This document shows positions 47,849 through 57,670 of a stretch of DNA of 64,000 bases, piece by piece. The number at the start of each line of letters is the position of its first letter. The stretch's first letter is position 1. Both the position numbers and the translations under genes were made by a program. The notes under the pieces were generated by a model that was not told where the DNA came from, made no database searches, and was given only the letters and a program-made list of their open reading frames with translations. The stretch comes from an uncultured Gemmatimonadaceae bacterium. Lineage in GTDB: Bacteria; Gemmatimonadota; Gemmatimonadetes; Gemmatimonadales; Gemmatimonadaceae. Location: NCBI GenBank assembly GCA_963790305.1, contig CAWBOC010000005.1, positions 480,001 through 544,000 on the forward strand, in the 5' to 3' direction.

Positions 47849-49336
47849 TTACGGCTTGGTCTTTTGGTTCTTTGCGCCAGGTGGCCGTATCTCCGGTTTG
47901 CCTTGCGATTTCTCGTCCGGCTTGCCGGTGGCTTTGTCCTCGGCCTTCGCTTCGGACTTCTCTTCCTTCGCTTCCGCCTTCACCTCGGCCTTCTCTTCCT
48001 GCTTGGCTTCTGGCTTCGAGGCCGGCTCTTCCTGCTTCTGTACCGGGTCGGGCTCGGGCTTCGACACCGGAGTCTCGGGCTGGCGCGGCGGCTCGACCGT
48101 CACGGCCGGCTTTTCAGCCTTGTGCTCGATCTTCTCCGCCTCTTGCTCGGCCTTCTGCTCGTGGCGGATCTGCTTCTCTTCCTGCTTGTCCTCTTGGCGG
48201 ATCTGCTTCTCTTCCTGCTTCTGCTCCTGGCGGACCTGCTTCTCCTCCTGGCGCTCCTGCTTGACCTCGACCTTCTCCGCCTGCTTGTCCGGCTGCTGCG
48301 GCTGCCCGTTGGTCGGGGTGTCGACGCGTGGTCCGCGACGCGGGTCGTTGGTCTTCTCGTTCTCGATCCCGCGTCCCTTCACGTTCGGATCATCGGTATG
48401 GCCATAGGCGTTGCCGTTGCCGCGCTTCTCCTTCTCCTTCTGCTTCTCCTTCACGTCCTTGACGTCGTTGTTCGTGTCGGTGCGCGGAGGGTCACGGTCG
48501 ATGACCATGGGCGCGTGCTCCGGCGGCGTCGGCTCGCTCACGCGATCGATCGGTGCGCGAACGGGCGTCGTCTCTGGGAGACGGCGACGAGCGCGCTGCC
48601 CATTGCCGACGACGATCGAGTCGGGACGCGTCGGCGCCGATCTAACGATGGTCCCGCCCGATGGCGCGTTGACGGGGCACCAGGCGCGGTCGGCGACTTC
48701 CTCCGGAACCTCGTAGACCGTGCGGTTCGCGCAGTAGATGCGGACGGTGCGATACGGATCGCTCGCATACGTCGCGGCGAGCGCGTAGGCGTCTTCCGCC
48801 CACGACTCGTCGATGACCGAGGGAAGGAAGGCGCGCGAGATGGCCCGCATCGTCACGTACGGGTTCGTGCCTCGATAGGCGGCGGGGCCGAGTACGCGGC
48901 GCATGTAGCTCGGGTGGAACGCTTCGTCGGGCAGCCGAAGCGGCTCATCCGAGGCGATCGCATACACCCAGCGCGCCGGCACCGCGGTTCCCGAGGGACG
49001 CCCGTAGTACATCGTCGACTGAACCTTCCACGACACCGGGACCCAGTTCAGGCCCGCCAGCATCCAGGTGCGCTGGTGCGCGTACGACGGCGCGAGCAGT
49101 GCGACGCCGCGGTCGGGCACGATTTCGAACAGCGCCACGTACGATGGGCGGTTCGTTTGCACGACCAGCTGTCCGCGGATGGGCCGCGCGAGCGTGATCT
49201 CGAGTGGCGCGATACGCGGTGGCGGTGGCGGCGGTGGCGGCGCGGGACGACGGACGACGTACACGTTGCCCGAAGAGCACGCGGCGAGCACGATGGACGC
49301 AACGAGCGTTGCGACGCGGCGAAGTGGAGTACGCAT
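47849..49336 (-). CDS. Lipoprotein with a DUF4384-like N-terminal domain and a charged repetitive C-terminus
   Basis: LAAC lipobox, poly-Pro linker, TNRPSYVALFEI..GVALLAP; KQEEKQIRQED-type 11-aa repeats. Confidence 0.75.
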   Translation of the reverse strand: MRTPLRRVATLVASIVLAACSSGNVYVVRRPAPPPPPPPPRIAPLEITLARPIRGQLVVQTNRPSYVALFEIVPDRGVALLAPSYAHQRTWMLAGLNWVPVSWKVQSTMYYGRPSGTAVPARWVYAIASDEPLRLPDEAFHPSYMRRVLGPAAYRGTNPYVTMRAISRAFLPSVIDESWAEDAYALAATYASDPYRTVRIYCANRTVYEVPEEVADRAWCPVNAPSGGTIVRSAPTRPDSIVVGNGQRARRRLPETTPVRAPIDRVSEPTPPEHAPMVIDRDPPRTDTNNDVKDVKEKQKEKEKRGNGNAYGHTDDPNVKGRGIENEKTNDPRRGPRVDTPTNGQPQQPDKQAEKVEVKQERQEEKQVRQEQKQEEKQIRQEDKQEEKQIRHEQKAEQEAEKIEHKAEKPAVTVEPPRQPETPVSKPEPDPVQKQEEPASKPEAKQEEKAEVKAEAKEEKSEAKAEDKATGKPDEKSQGKPEIRPPGAKNQKTKP

Positions 49337-49564
49337 GTGCGGGTCCTTGCCGGAAACGGCAGAGACGTCGGGAAATCAGAATTCGATGTCGGAATTCAGA
49401 GGGCACGATGACCTGCCTGTGCCCCTTGGTTGACGCGTGCAGGGTCGCTGTGGAAACGGGGATGGCGTTTGTTCGGGGCGGAACTTTTTACAGGCCTGCC
49501 CATCGCTCGGAACCGAGACTTGGTCTACATTGGTCGCCCCCTGCAACCATTTAGCGAGGATCCC

Positions 49565-50029
49565 ATGGCCAATCCGCCCAAGGGCTACCACACCGTCACG
49601 CCGGGCATCACGGTCAGCGACGGGGCGAAGGCGATCGAGTTCTACAAGGAGGCATTCGGAGCCGAGGAGGTGGAACGCATGGAAGGCCCCAATGGCTCGA
49701 TCATGCACGCGGAGATCCGCATCGGGGATTCGACCATCATGCTCGGGGGCGAGAATCCGATGTGGGGGATGAAGTCGCCACTCACCCTGGGCGGCGTCCA
49801 CGGCTCGCTTCACATCTACGTTGACGACGCCGACGCGGCCTTCGCCCGGGCGCTCGACGCCGGGTGCGAAGTCGCTCAGCCGCTGGAAGATGCCTTCTGG
49901 GGCGATCGCTATGGCAAAGTCACCGACCCCTTTGGTCACCAGTGGGGCCTGGCGACGCGCGTGAAGGAGTTGAGCAGGGAGGAGATGCGGAAGGCCGGGG
50001 AGGCGTGGATGCAGACGATGGCGGGGTGA
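49565..50029 (+). CDS. VOC/glyoxalase family protein (PhnB-like)
   Basis: YHTVTP, AIEFYKEAFGA, HAEIRIGDS, FWGDRYG.V.DPFGH.W. Confidence 0.92.
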   Translation: MANPPKGYHTVTPGITVSDGAKAIEFYKEAFGAEEVERMEGPNGSIMHAEIRIGDSTIMLGGENPMWGMKSPLTLGGVHGSLHIYVDDADAAFARALDAGCEVAQPLEDAFWGDRYGKVTDPFGHQWGLATRVKELSREEMRKAGEAWMQTMAG

Positions 50030-50275
50030 CTCCGGGGTGCGACAGTTGTGGTAGGCGACCATCGACTGTCGCACCAATCCATCGGAAGGCTAAAATCGCC
50101 GCGGGCTAAATTTGACGCAGATCGTTGTGGGCCAATCAGTTAGCACCACTCTACATATGGCCCGTCGGTTGCGCTTGCCCCGCTCCGGTGCGAGCTCCCT
50201 CTGTGCTCGAAGGGAGCTCGCACCGTTTCTCTTTCCCCGTGGGGCGGTAACCCCCAACACCCGCACGCTATAGAT

Positions 50276-50953
50276 ATGTTCGAGATCGTTCGTCAGGATT
50301 TGCGCCGTTGTGTTCGCGTCAACCAGATGGGCACCTCTCATGGCCTGGCGGATTACCTCCGCGAGCTGTTCAACCCGGGAACGCAGGCGATCATCATCCA
50401 TCGCTTCGGCGTGTGGTCAGATCGAATCCGCTTTGTTCCGCTGCGTTATTTCCTCCGCACGGTGCACTTTCTGGTGCAGGCTTTCTTCCCCTGGCGCGCT
50501 GGTATCTACATCCCGATCAGGGCTGACATCGGGCCGGGGATAGCAATCCATACGTGGGGTGGGGGTGTCTTTTTGCCGGCCTGCAAGATCGGTCGGAATT
50601 TGACCATCATCGGAGGCGGCGTGCTGTTCGATTACGCCACGCTGGAGATTGGCGACAATGTGACGATCGGTGCCGGAACGAAGGGCACAGGCCGCCGGCG
50701 CATCGGTAACCGGGTCACGACGGGGCCCAACTCGGTCGTGATCGAGGACGTTCCCGATGACAGCCTCGTCTTCGGGAACCCGGGTCGCGTCATTGCAAAG
50801 CCGCGCCCGAGGCGGATGGGCGCGAGAGCTGGCGCCTCGAATGCGGCACAGCCCGCGCACGTCGCCAGCGAACCCAGCGCGATCAACGCGCCGGAGCCCG
50901 ACTCGGCTGCGACCGCCCCGTCCGTCAGCGCTCCGCGGCTCGCGGCGCTCTAG
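50276..50953 (+). CDS. Serine O-acetyltransferase-like left-handed beta-helix acyltransferase
   Basis: Helical N-domain, GIYIP..A.IGPG..IH, hexapeptide repeats, NSVV..DVP....GNP.RVI. Confidence 0.8.
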   Translation: MFEIVRQDLRRCVRVNQMGTSHGLADYLRELFNPGTQAIIIHRFGVWSDRIRFVPLRYFLRTVHFLVQAFFPWRAGIYIPIRADIGPGIAIHTWGGGVFLPACKIGRNLTIIGGGVLFDYATLEIGDNVTIGAGTKGTGRRRIGNRVTTGPNSVVIEDVPDDSLVFGNPGRVIAKPRPRRMGARAGASNAAQPAHVASEPSAINAPEPDSAATAPSVSAPRLAAL

Positions 50954-50987
50954 TCTCCTCCTTCCCTAACGAGACGCACGGCGCGCC

Positions 50988-52151
50988 GTGGATTTCGCGC
51001 TGACCGCGGAGCAGGTCGAGCTCCGCGACAACGTTCTCGACTTCGCCCGCCGTGGTCTGAGTGCCGAGGCGGATGGAAGCGCCGCCGCGTCCATCGGCGG
51101 CTTCCGACGCGACCTGTGGGAACGCTGTGGGGAGTTCGGCATCCTCGGCTTGCCAGTCCCTAACGAGTACGGTGGCAGCGGGCACGACATGGTCACCACG
51201 ACCATCGCGATGGAGGCCCTCGGCGAGGGATGCCCCGATCACGGGCTGCTCTTCTCAATGCACGCGCACATGTGGGCAGTGGTGACGCCGATCATCGCGT
51301 TCGGTACACCGGAGCAGCGTGAACGCTATCTGCCGCGACTGGTGGACGGCTCATGGGTGGCGGCACATGGCATCAGCGAGCCCGGGTCCGGCTCCGACGC
51401 GTACTCGATGCGGGCGCGCGCGATCAAGGAGGGCGATCAGTACGTGCTGAACGGAACGAAGACGTTCGTGACGAACGCGCCGGTGGGTGACCTGTTCGTC
51501 GTCTTCGCCACCGTGAAGCCTGAACGCGGAATGTGGGGCGTGACCGCGTTTCTCATCGAGAAGGGAACGCCGGGACTTTCCGTCTCCCGTCCCTTCAAGA
51601 AGCTGGGTCTCACGACGTCGCCGATGGGCGAGGTCGTGCTCGACGATTGTCGCATCCCGGTTGCCAACCGGCTCGGGAAGGAAGGACAGGGTGCGACGAT
51701 CTTCAACCACTCGATGGGATGGGAGCGGAGCTGTATCCTTGCCAGTCAGGTGGGTCGAATGCAGCAGCAGCTCGACGCATGCGTTCGCTACGCCCAGGAG
51801 CGCGAACAGTTCGGGAAGCCGATTGGAAGCTTCCAGCTCGTCGCCGCCAAGATCGCCGACATGAAGGTGCGACTCGAGACGTCGCGCCTGCTCCTGTATC
51901 GCGCCGCGTGGCAGCTCTCGAGAGCCGCCGAGGGCAGTGCGATGGAAGCGGCGATGGCGAAGCTGTACATCAGCGAGTCAGCCGTGGCGTCGGCGCTCGA
52001 CGCCGTGCAACTGCACGGCGGCTATGGCTACATGCAGGACTTCCACGTCGAGCAGCAGTTGCGCGATTCCATTGGCGGCACCCTGTACTCCGGTACGTCG
52101 GAGATCCAGCGAATGCTCATCGCGCGCCACCTCGGACTCAGCCCCGCCTGA
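50988..52151 (+). CDS. Acyl-CoA dehydrogenase family, probable L-prolyl-S-PCP dehydrogenase (PltE/RedW/AnaB-like)
   Basis: ISEPGSGSD, LNGTKTFVTNAP, HSMGWERSCI, QLHGGYGY, YSGTSEIQR; adjacent to the A domain and PCP. Confidence 0.85.
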   Translation: MDFALTAEQVELRDNVLDFARRGLSAEADGSAAASIGGFRRDLWERCGEFGILGLPVPNEYGGSGHDMVTTTIAMEALGEGCPDHGLLFSMHAHMWAVVTPIIAFGTPEQRERYLPRLVDGSWVAAHGISEPGSGSDAYSMRARAIKEGDQYVLNGTKTFVTNAPVGDLFVVFATVKPERGMWGVTAFLIEKGTPGLSVSRPFKKLGLTTSPMGEVVLDDCRIPVANRLGKEGQGATIFNHSMGWERSCILASQVGRMQQQLDACVRYAQEREQFGKPIGSFQLVAAKIADMKVRLETSRLLLYRAAWQLSRAAEGSAMEAAMAKLYISESAVASALDAVQLHGGYGYMQDFHVEQQLRDSIGGTLYSGTSEIQRMLIARHLGLSPA

Positions 52152-52152
52152 C

Positions 52153-53748
52153 ATGAATTATCTCCTCTGGCATGCGCCGGCTCAGAGCGCGCGCGTATTT
52201 CCCAATCGACCGGCGGTGCAGGACACCGCCACGACCTTCACGCATCGCGAGCTGCACGAGCTCAGCAATGGCGTGGCTACCCTGCTCACGTCCTGCGGCC
52301 TAACGCGCGGTGAGCGCGTGGGAATGTGGATGCCGAAGCAGGCGCGCTCCGTCGCCGTCATGCTGGGCGCCTCGAAGTGCGGCGGCATCTACGTCCCTGT
52401 GGATCCGCAGGCCCCCGTCGAGCGGGCCGCGTACATCCTCGGCAACGCCGACATCAGCGTGCTGGTCACATCGCGCCGACTCCTGGCGTCGCTGTCGCAG
52501 CACATCGGAGCCTTTGCGTCCTTGCGCGCGATCGTCGTGGTCGATGAGAAGGACGCCGAGCTCTCGGGAAGGCCGGTGCCGACCTTCGGGTGGGGTGCCG
52601 TATCCCCGACGACGGAGCCGCCCGTGGTAGCGAACGCGGTGGACAGCGATCCCGCGTACATGCTCTACACGTCGGGCTCCACGGGAACACCCAAGGGCGT
52701 GGTGATCAGCCACCTCAACGCGCTCACCTTCATCGAGTGGACGATCGCGACGTTCGGTATTCGGCCCGAGGATCGACTGTCGGGCCACGCCCCGCTGCAC
52801 TTCGATCTTTCCGTGTTCGACATTTACGCCGCGCTCGGGACGGGTGCCTGCGTCGTGATGGTCCCCGACCGCATCGCACCCTTTCCAGCCGAGTTCGCGA
52901 AATGGATCGAGGACCAGAGGATCACGGTCTCGTACATGGTGCCCTCGGCGTTCATCCGGCTGCTGAAGCATGGTGAGCTCGAGCGGTTCAGCTATGCCTC
53001 GCTGCGCACGATCCTGTTCGCCGGCGAGGTGTTTCCGGTGAAGCACCTGCGCGAAGTGATGCCGCACTTCCCGAACGCGGACTGGTTCAATCTCTACGGG
53101 CCCACGGAGACGAACGTCTGCACGTGGACGCCTGTCCCCAAGCCGCTCGTTCAGGAGCATGAGCTCTCGATCGGCCAGTCGTGCGAGAACTTCGACTGCT
53201 TCGCGCTCACGAGCGATGGTCGCAAGGCGCGACCCGGAGAGGAAGGGGAGCTCGTCGTGCGCGGGCCTGGCGTCATGCTCGGCTACTGGAAGCTGCCCGA
53301 GCGCACGGCAAAGAATCTGACGCCAAATCCTCTGCACAAGGACTTCACCGATCTCATCTACCGCACCGGCGACCTGGTGCGCGTGCTCGAGGACGGCATC
53401 TCCTTCCAGTACATCGCTCGGCTCGACCATATGGTGAAGACACGCGGCTACCGCGTCGAGCTCGAGGAGATCGAGCACGTCCTGCACGCGAACACGCGCA
53501 TCCGCAACGCTGCGGTCGTGGCCATCCCCAATGACGAGGTCGGCGCGCGGCTTCGCGCGGCGGTCGTCGTCGAAGACGGGGACGGGCTGTCACAGCAGGA
53601 GCTTGCGACCCACTGTGCGACGAGGCTTCCGAGCTACGCGATTCCCGAGCTGTTCGTGATGATGCATGAGCTGCCCACGACGTCCACCGGGAAAGTGGAT
53701 CGTCGCAGTCTCGCCGAATCACTCGGACAATACACGGCGGCGGGGTGA
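52153..53748 (+). CDS. Stand-alone amino acid adenylation enzyme, predicted L-proline specific (PltF/RedM-like)
   Basis: YTSGSTGTPKG, FDLS, NLYGPTE, YRTGDL, TSTGKVDR; manually aligned specificity code D-L-F-Y-L-A-L-V-C-K. Confidence 0.88.
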   Translation: MNYLLWHAPAQSARVFPNRPAVQDTATTFTHRELHELSNGVATLLTSCGLTRGERVGMWMPKQARSVAVMLGASKCGGIYVPVDPQAPVERAAYILGNADISVLVTSRRLLASLSQHIGAFASLRAIVVVDEKDAELSGRPVPTFGWGAVSPTTEPPVVANAVDSDPAYMLYTSGSTGTPKGVVISHLNALTFIEWTIATFGIRPEDRLSGHAPLHFDLSVFDIYAALGTGACVVMVPDRIAPFPAEFAKWIEDQRITVSYMVPSAFIRLLKHGELERFSYASLRTILFAGEVFPVKHLREVMPHFPNADWFNLYGPTETNVCTWTPVPKPLVQEHELSIGQSCENFDCFALTSDGRKARPGEEGELVVRGPGVMLGYWKLPERTAKNLTPNPLHKDFTDLIYRTGDLVRVLEDGISFQYIARLDHMVKTRGYRVELEEIEHVLHANTRIRNAAVVAIPNDEVGARLRAAVVVEDGDGLSQQELATHCATRLPSYAIPELFVMMHELPTTSTGKVDRRSLAESLGQYTAAG

Positions 53749-53826
53749 CGGCATTGCGCAGTGCTCGACGGCCGGTGCAGCTTCAGCGCGGTGTCCTAAC
53801 GTGTTCTCCCATCGAATCGTACCAAC

Positions 53827-54078
53827 ATGCTACGGAATGACCTGACGAAGTTCATCCAGGAGAACCTCCTCCAGAAAGATCCGACCCCGGTCGGGCCGGA
53901 GGATTCCCTCATCGATAGCGGGATCATCAATTCGATGGGCCTGATCCGGCTCGTGAGCTTCATCGAGACTCGGACTGGCGTCCGCATTCCGGATGCGATG
54001 ATCACTCCGGACAACTTCGAGACGGTCACGGCGATCGAGCGGACGATCGACGAGGTGCGGCACCAGCGCGGGGTCTGA
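53827..54078 (+). CDS. Peptidyl carrier protein (PltL/RedO-like)
   Basis: GIINSMG phosphopantetheine site, GVRIP...NFETV.AI. Confidence 0.88.
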   Translation: MLRNDLTKFIQENLLQKDPTPVGPEDSLIDSGIINSMGLIRLVSFIETRTGVRIPDAMITPDNFETVTAIERTIDEVRHQRGV

Positions 54079-54202
54079 CGGCGGGCAGCACGTTCGGCAG
54101 TACGTGATGTCAGGGGATGGAAGCTGTTGCCGGCGCGGGGATTGGTCGTCACCCATGAGATCCTACCGCCTCCTCGAAGTCCCCCCGCCTCGAGAGCCTG
54201 CC

Positions 54203-54925
54203 ATGTCCGAACGAATTGCCCCGCCATGTCCCCACGACGTGGGGCCTGGCATACCAGTCTGCCTTCGCTGTCGTAAGGAGAACCGCGTAACGACGCGAGA
54301 GCGTCGTCGGCGCGCACTTTTTGCCACGGCCGCCCTTGCCCTTGGAATCGCCACCATTGGAGCCGCGGGCGCCGCCGGCATGCTCGACAGCGAGCTGCGT
54401 GCGGCCGGTTTCACAAGACCTGAAGCAGCGGTGCCCTCTACGCCCTCGGTATCCGAGCCGCAGAGCGCCCCCGCGACTGCACCAGATTCTGCACCCGTTG
54501 TGTCCATCGCGTCCGAAGACACCGTGGTGAGCGTAGCGAGCGTGACCACCCCACCCGCACCAGAGCTCGCTCCCACCATTGGTGAAGGCCGGACGGCGTT
54601 ACGCGATGGGATCGTCGCGCAGCGAAGCGGTGATGAGATCACGGTCCACTTCGATACTCCGCTGTCGCGCACGCGGCGGCCGGAGAAGTTCGAAGGGGTC
54701 CTGCGCGCGACGCTCCCGCAGATCTTTGGAGCCTCGGTCGATTCCGCGCTCGCCACCATGCCCACGGGCACGCTGGTGCCTCCGCACGGTCTGACGACGG
54801 ACCTGCCGACGCAGGGACTCTACGTCCCCATACCCGGCGGATCGACGCTCCGCGTCTGGCCCGAGACGCGTTCCGGGGAGGACGGCCCGCTGGTGGTGCG
54901 CTACCGCGTGCTCGTGGTTTCCTAG
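54203..54925 (+). CDS. Hypothetical membrane protein with an N-terminal CxH..CxxC motif
   Basis: CPHD..CLRC, basic patch, TM, Pro-rich linker, globular C-terminus. Confidence 0.7.
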   Translation: MSERIAPPCPHDVGPGIPVCLRCRKENRVTTRERRRRALFATAALALGIATIGAAGAAGMLDSELRAAGFTRPEAAVPSTPSVSEPQSAPATAPDSAPVVSIASEDTVVSVASVTTPPAPELAPTIGEGRTALRDGIVAQRSGDEITVHFDTPLSRTRRPEKFEGVLRATLPQIFGASVDSALATMPTGTLVPPHGLTTDLPTQGLYVPIPGGSTLRVWPETRSGEDGPLVVRYRVLVVS

Positions 54926-54940
54926 CCCGGCCTGCCGCCG

Positions 54941-56350
54941 TTAGGCGGCGTTGCGCCTCGGCACTCGCAGGGTACGTGTTTCTCCATCCATGCCCTGCCG
55001 TATGACCAGCCGCGCATTCTGACAGATCGGGAAGTCATCGAACACCGGCTGTAGCGCGACCAGGAGCGCATCCGCGCTCGGTCCGTAGTGATAGAGTGCT
55101 GTCTCGGTAGGACCATTCCACGCGCCGCGCAGCTCACCGTTCACCGAATCGGCCGCCAGGGCGAGACGCTCCATCAGCGCGTCAATGTCCGTCTCCGCAT
55201 AGATCTCGTCGGGGAGGCTCGTGCCATCGAGGTAAACTGCCAGCCCTTCCTGCACGCCAAAGGGCTGTTCGACGTCCACGCCATCCTGCTGGAAGAGGAA
55301 TTGCGACCCCACGGGCGCGCCAGCGTCCTCGAGGATTCGCTTGGCGACATCGAGCGACTCGTCGAGATTCGCCAGCGACAACTCGACATCGACATACCCG
55401 ATCTCGGCGGCCGAGGTGAGCTGGGAGCCGCCGCCGGTGACCCATCCGAGCATGCGGATGCTGAGCGCGTCCTGCACTGGATCTTCGTAGCGCGCTCCAC
55501 GATCCATGGGCTCTATGTGCTCGGGGATGCGCGCAATGACGACATGCGGGAAGCGGTCACGGTCGACCACATCCTCGCGCACTGCTCCGAGGCGCAGCGG
55601 CGCGGGAGCGGCGCTGATCTCGCCGCGCATCCACTCCGGATGTCGCTGGATGGCATCGAGGATCGGCTCGCCCTGGATCTCGAAGTTCTCGCCGAGCATG
55701 GTTCGCAGCATCGGCTCGAACAGCCCGACGCCCAACTGCTCCCGGAATTCCGCGAGGGTGCGCTCGTCCTTGGCATAGCGCGCGAAGAGCTCGTCCGCAT
55801 CGGTCAGCCGCAGCGGAGCATGGCCCGTGGCGGCGACGCGCTCACCATGAGTCCGGAGGGTCGAGCGCGTGTCGACGGTGGCATCGACACGCTCGACGAC
55901 GAGGTCCGGCGGCATGGGGAGACCGTTGTCGATCGTTCCGCGCGCCGTCACGAGCACACGCCCATCGGCGAGCCAGCTGTGGAGGACGAGGCACTGTACC
56001 GGGTCGCCCTCGGCCGCGGGCACCTCGAACCACATGGCGGCGATCGCGCCGTGGGCGCCGAGCGCGAACCGGACGAACGACTTCTTCGACACGTCGGTGA
56101 GGATGAGCGCGGCGTCCTCGAAATCGCCCAGCGTCTCGAAGCCGACTCTCGTCAGCTCGCGCTCGACTCTCTGGTAAAAGCTGACGTCACGCTCGGGGAA
56201 ATCGGACGCATCCACCCGCTCGTAGCGGGCGCGATGCTCGATCATCGTCCGAATCTGGGCCACGAGCGTTTGCGCTACCTGCTCGAAGACCTCGGCCGGA
56301 AGGGCATCGCCGACTCCATTGCCGTCGTCCTCGTATTCGTCTGCTTGCAT
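54941..56350 (-). CDS. Conserved-looking acidic hypothetical protein
   Basis: GGGAG RBS before ATG 56350; PMDRG.RYEDP...G.VTGGGSQ, GLAVYLDG, GPTETALY. Confidence 0.72.
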   Translation of the reverse strand: MQADEYEDDGNGVGDALPAEVFEQVAQTLVAQIRTMIEHRARYERVDASDFPERDVSFYQRVERELTRVGFETLGDFEDAALILTDVSKKSFVRFALGAHGAIAAMWFEVPAAEGDPVQCLVLHSWLADGRVLVTARGTIDNGLPMPPDLVVERVDATVDTRSTLRTHGERVAATGHAPLRLTDADELFARYAKDERTLAEFREQLGVGLFEPMLRTMLGENFEIQGEPILDAIQRHPEWMRGEISAAPAPLRLGAVREDVVDRDRFPHVVIARIPEHIEPMDRGARYEDPVQDALSIRMLGWVTGGGSQLTSAAEIGYVDVELSLANLDESLDVAKRILEDAGAPVGSQFLFQQDGVDVEQPFGVQEGLAVYLDGTSLPDEIYAETDIDALMERLALAADSVNGELRGAWNGPTETALYHYGPSADALLVALQPVFDDFPICQNARLVIRQGMDGETRTLRVPRRNAA

Positions 56351-56438
56351 CTCCCGCTCTAGATGAAAGGGCTGGAGGAGAGACTGGTCAGACGGCGGGG
56401 AGGCAACGGGACGCCGTTCGCAGTATTCTTCCCGCACG

Positions 56439-57602
56439 ATGTTCCACGACCCGCCTCGGTTTCCGCGCGGCTTTCGAACGGCGAGCCGCAACTGCGGCCT
56501 CAAGCCGTCGGCGAAAGACCTCGCCGTGTTCGTGAGCCAAGTGGACGCTGCCGCGGCGGCGGTGTTCACGCGCAATCTCTTTCCCGGAGCGCCGGTACTG
56601 CTGGGGCGGGAGACGATTCGCGGTGGCGTACTCCGGGCAATCGTCGTGAACAGCAAGGTGAGCAACGTGGCGACGGGAGAGCGTGGTCTCGCGGCAGCAC
56701 GGCGCATGGCGACGGCGGCTGCTCAGGCGTTAGGCACGTCGCCCGATCGCGTGCTCGTCAGCTCGACCGGCGTCATCGGCGTTCCCCTGCCCATCGAGAA
56801 GATCGAGCGAGGACTCAATGGCATCGCGGACGATCTCGTCGATGATCCGCGCGTTGGCGCCGAGGGCATCATGACGACCGACTCGCATCCCAAGGCGCTC
56901 TCGCTGGGCGTCGGTGATGCCACCATCACCTGGGTGGCGAAAGGCTCCGGAATGATCGAGCCGAACATGGCGACGATGCTGTCCTACATCATGACGGACG
57001 CGGCGATCACGGCGCAGGCGCTCGACCGGCTCCTGCGCGAGGTCGTGGACGTCTCGTTCAACATGCTGTCGGTCGACACCGACACGAGCACGTCCGATAC
57101 CTGCGTCATTCTCGCCAATGGCCTGGCCGGACCGGTCGAGGGCGATGCCTTTCGCAAGGCGCTCACGACGGGATCCCTTCGCATGACGGAAATCCTCGCA
57201 CGCGACGGGGAAGGCGCAACCAAGCTGCTGCGGGCGACGGTCCGCGGCGCCGTCAATGCGGCCGAGGCGCGCCGGATCGCGAAGTCCATCGTGAACTCGC
57301 CGCTGGTGAAGACGATGGTCCACGGCGCCGATCCGAACGTTGGCCGGCTGCTCATGGCGGTCGGCAAGTGCTTCGAGTGCACGATTCGTCCAGAGGCCAC
57401 CGAGGCATGGATCAACGGCCAGAAGGTCGTGCACCAGGGCGAGCGGACGTCGTTCGAAGAATCCGCCGTGCGTGCCGCGCTCGCCACCGATACGACCGAT
57501 ATTCTTGTCTCGCTCGGGGTCGGCGACGGGGAAGCAACTGCCTTTGGGTGCGATCTTAGTGCGGGGTACATCTCTGAGAATGCGGCTTACTATTCCAGCT
57601 AA
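56439..57602 (+). CDS. argJ: Ornithine acetyltransferase / N-acetylglutamate synthase
   Basis: STGVIG, IMTTD, KGSGMIEPNMATML autoproteolysis site, RDGEGATK, SPLVKT, GCDLS..Y...NA.Y. Confidence 0.93.
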   Translation: MFHDPPRFPRGFRTASRNCGLKPSAKDLAVFVSQVDAAAAAVFTRNLFPGAPVLLGRETIRGGVLRAIVVNSKVSNVATGERGLAAARRMATAAAQALGTSPDRVLVSSTGVIGVPLPIEKIERGLNGIADDLVDDPRVGAEGIMTTDSHPKALSLGVGDATITWVAKGSGMIEPNMATMLSYIMTDAAITAQALDRLLREVVDVSFNMLSVDTDTSTSDTCVILANGLAGPVEGDAFRKALTTGSLRMTEILARDGEGATKLLRATVRGAVNAAEARRIAKSIVNSPLVKTMVHGADPNVGRLLMAVGKCFECTIRPEATEAWINGQKVVHQGERTSFEESAVRAALATDTTDILVSLGVGDGEATAFGCDLSAGYISENAAYYSS

Positions 57603-57619
57603 TACCCAAGACGTTGTTT

Positions 57620-57658
57620 CTGATAACTGAAACCTGACGTCTGATCCCTGACGTCTTC
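57620..57658. repeat. CTGACGT/CTGATCC heptamer array
   Basis: CTGATAACTGAAACCTGACGTCTGATCCCTGACGTCT. Confidence 0.7.
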
Positions 57659-57670
57659 GGGTGTTGACCT

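Noticed and set aside
47864..49411. 515-aa Leu-rich plus-strand ORF
   Set aside because: Antisense of the Lys/Glu/Gln-rich lipoprotein.
52153..54078. dltA/dltC D-alanylation system
   Set aside because: No MBOAT (DltB) or DltD gene; the specificity code and the adjacent dehydrogenase fit proline-to-pyrrole chemistry.
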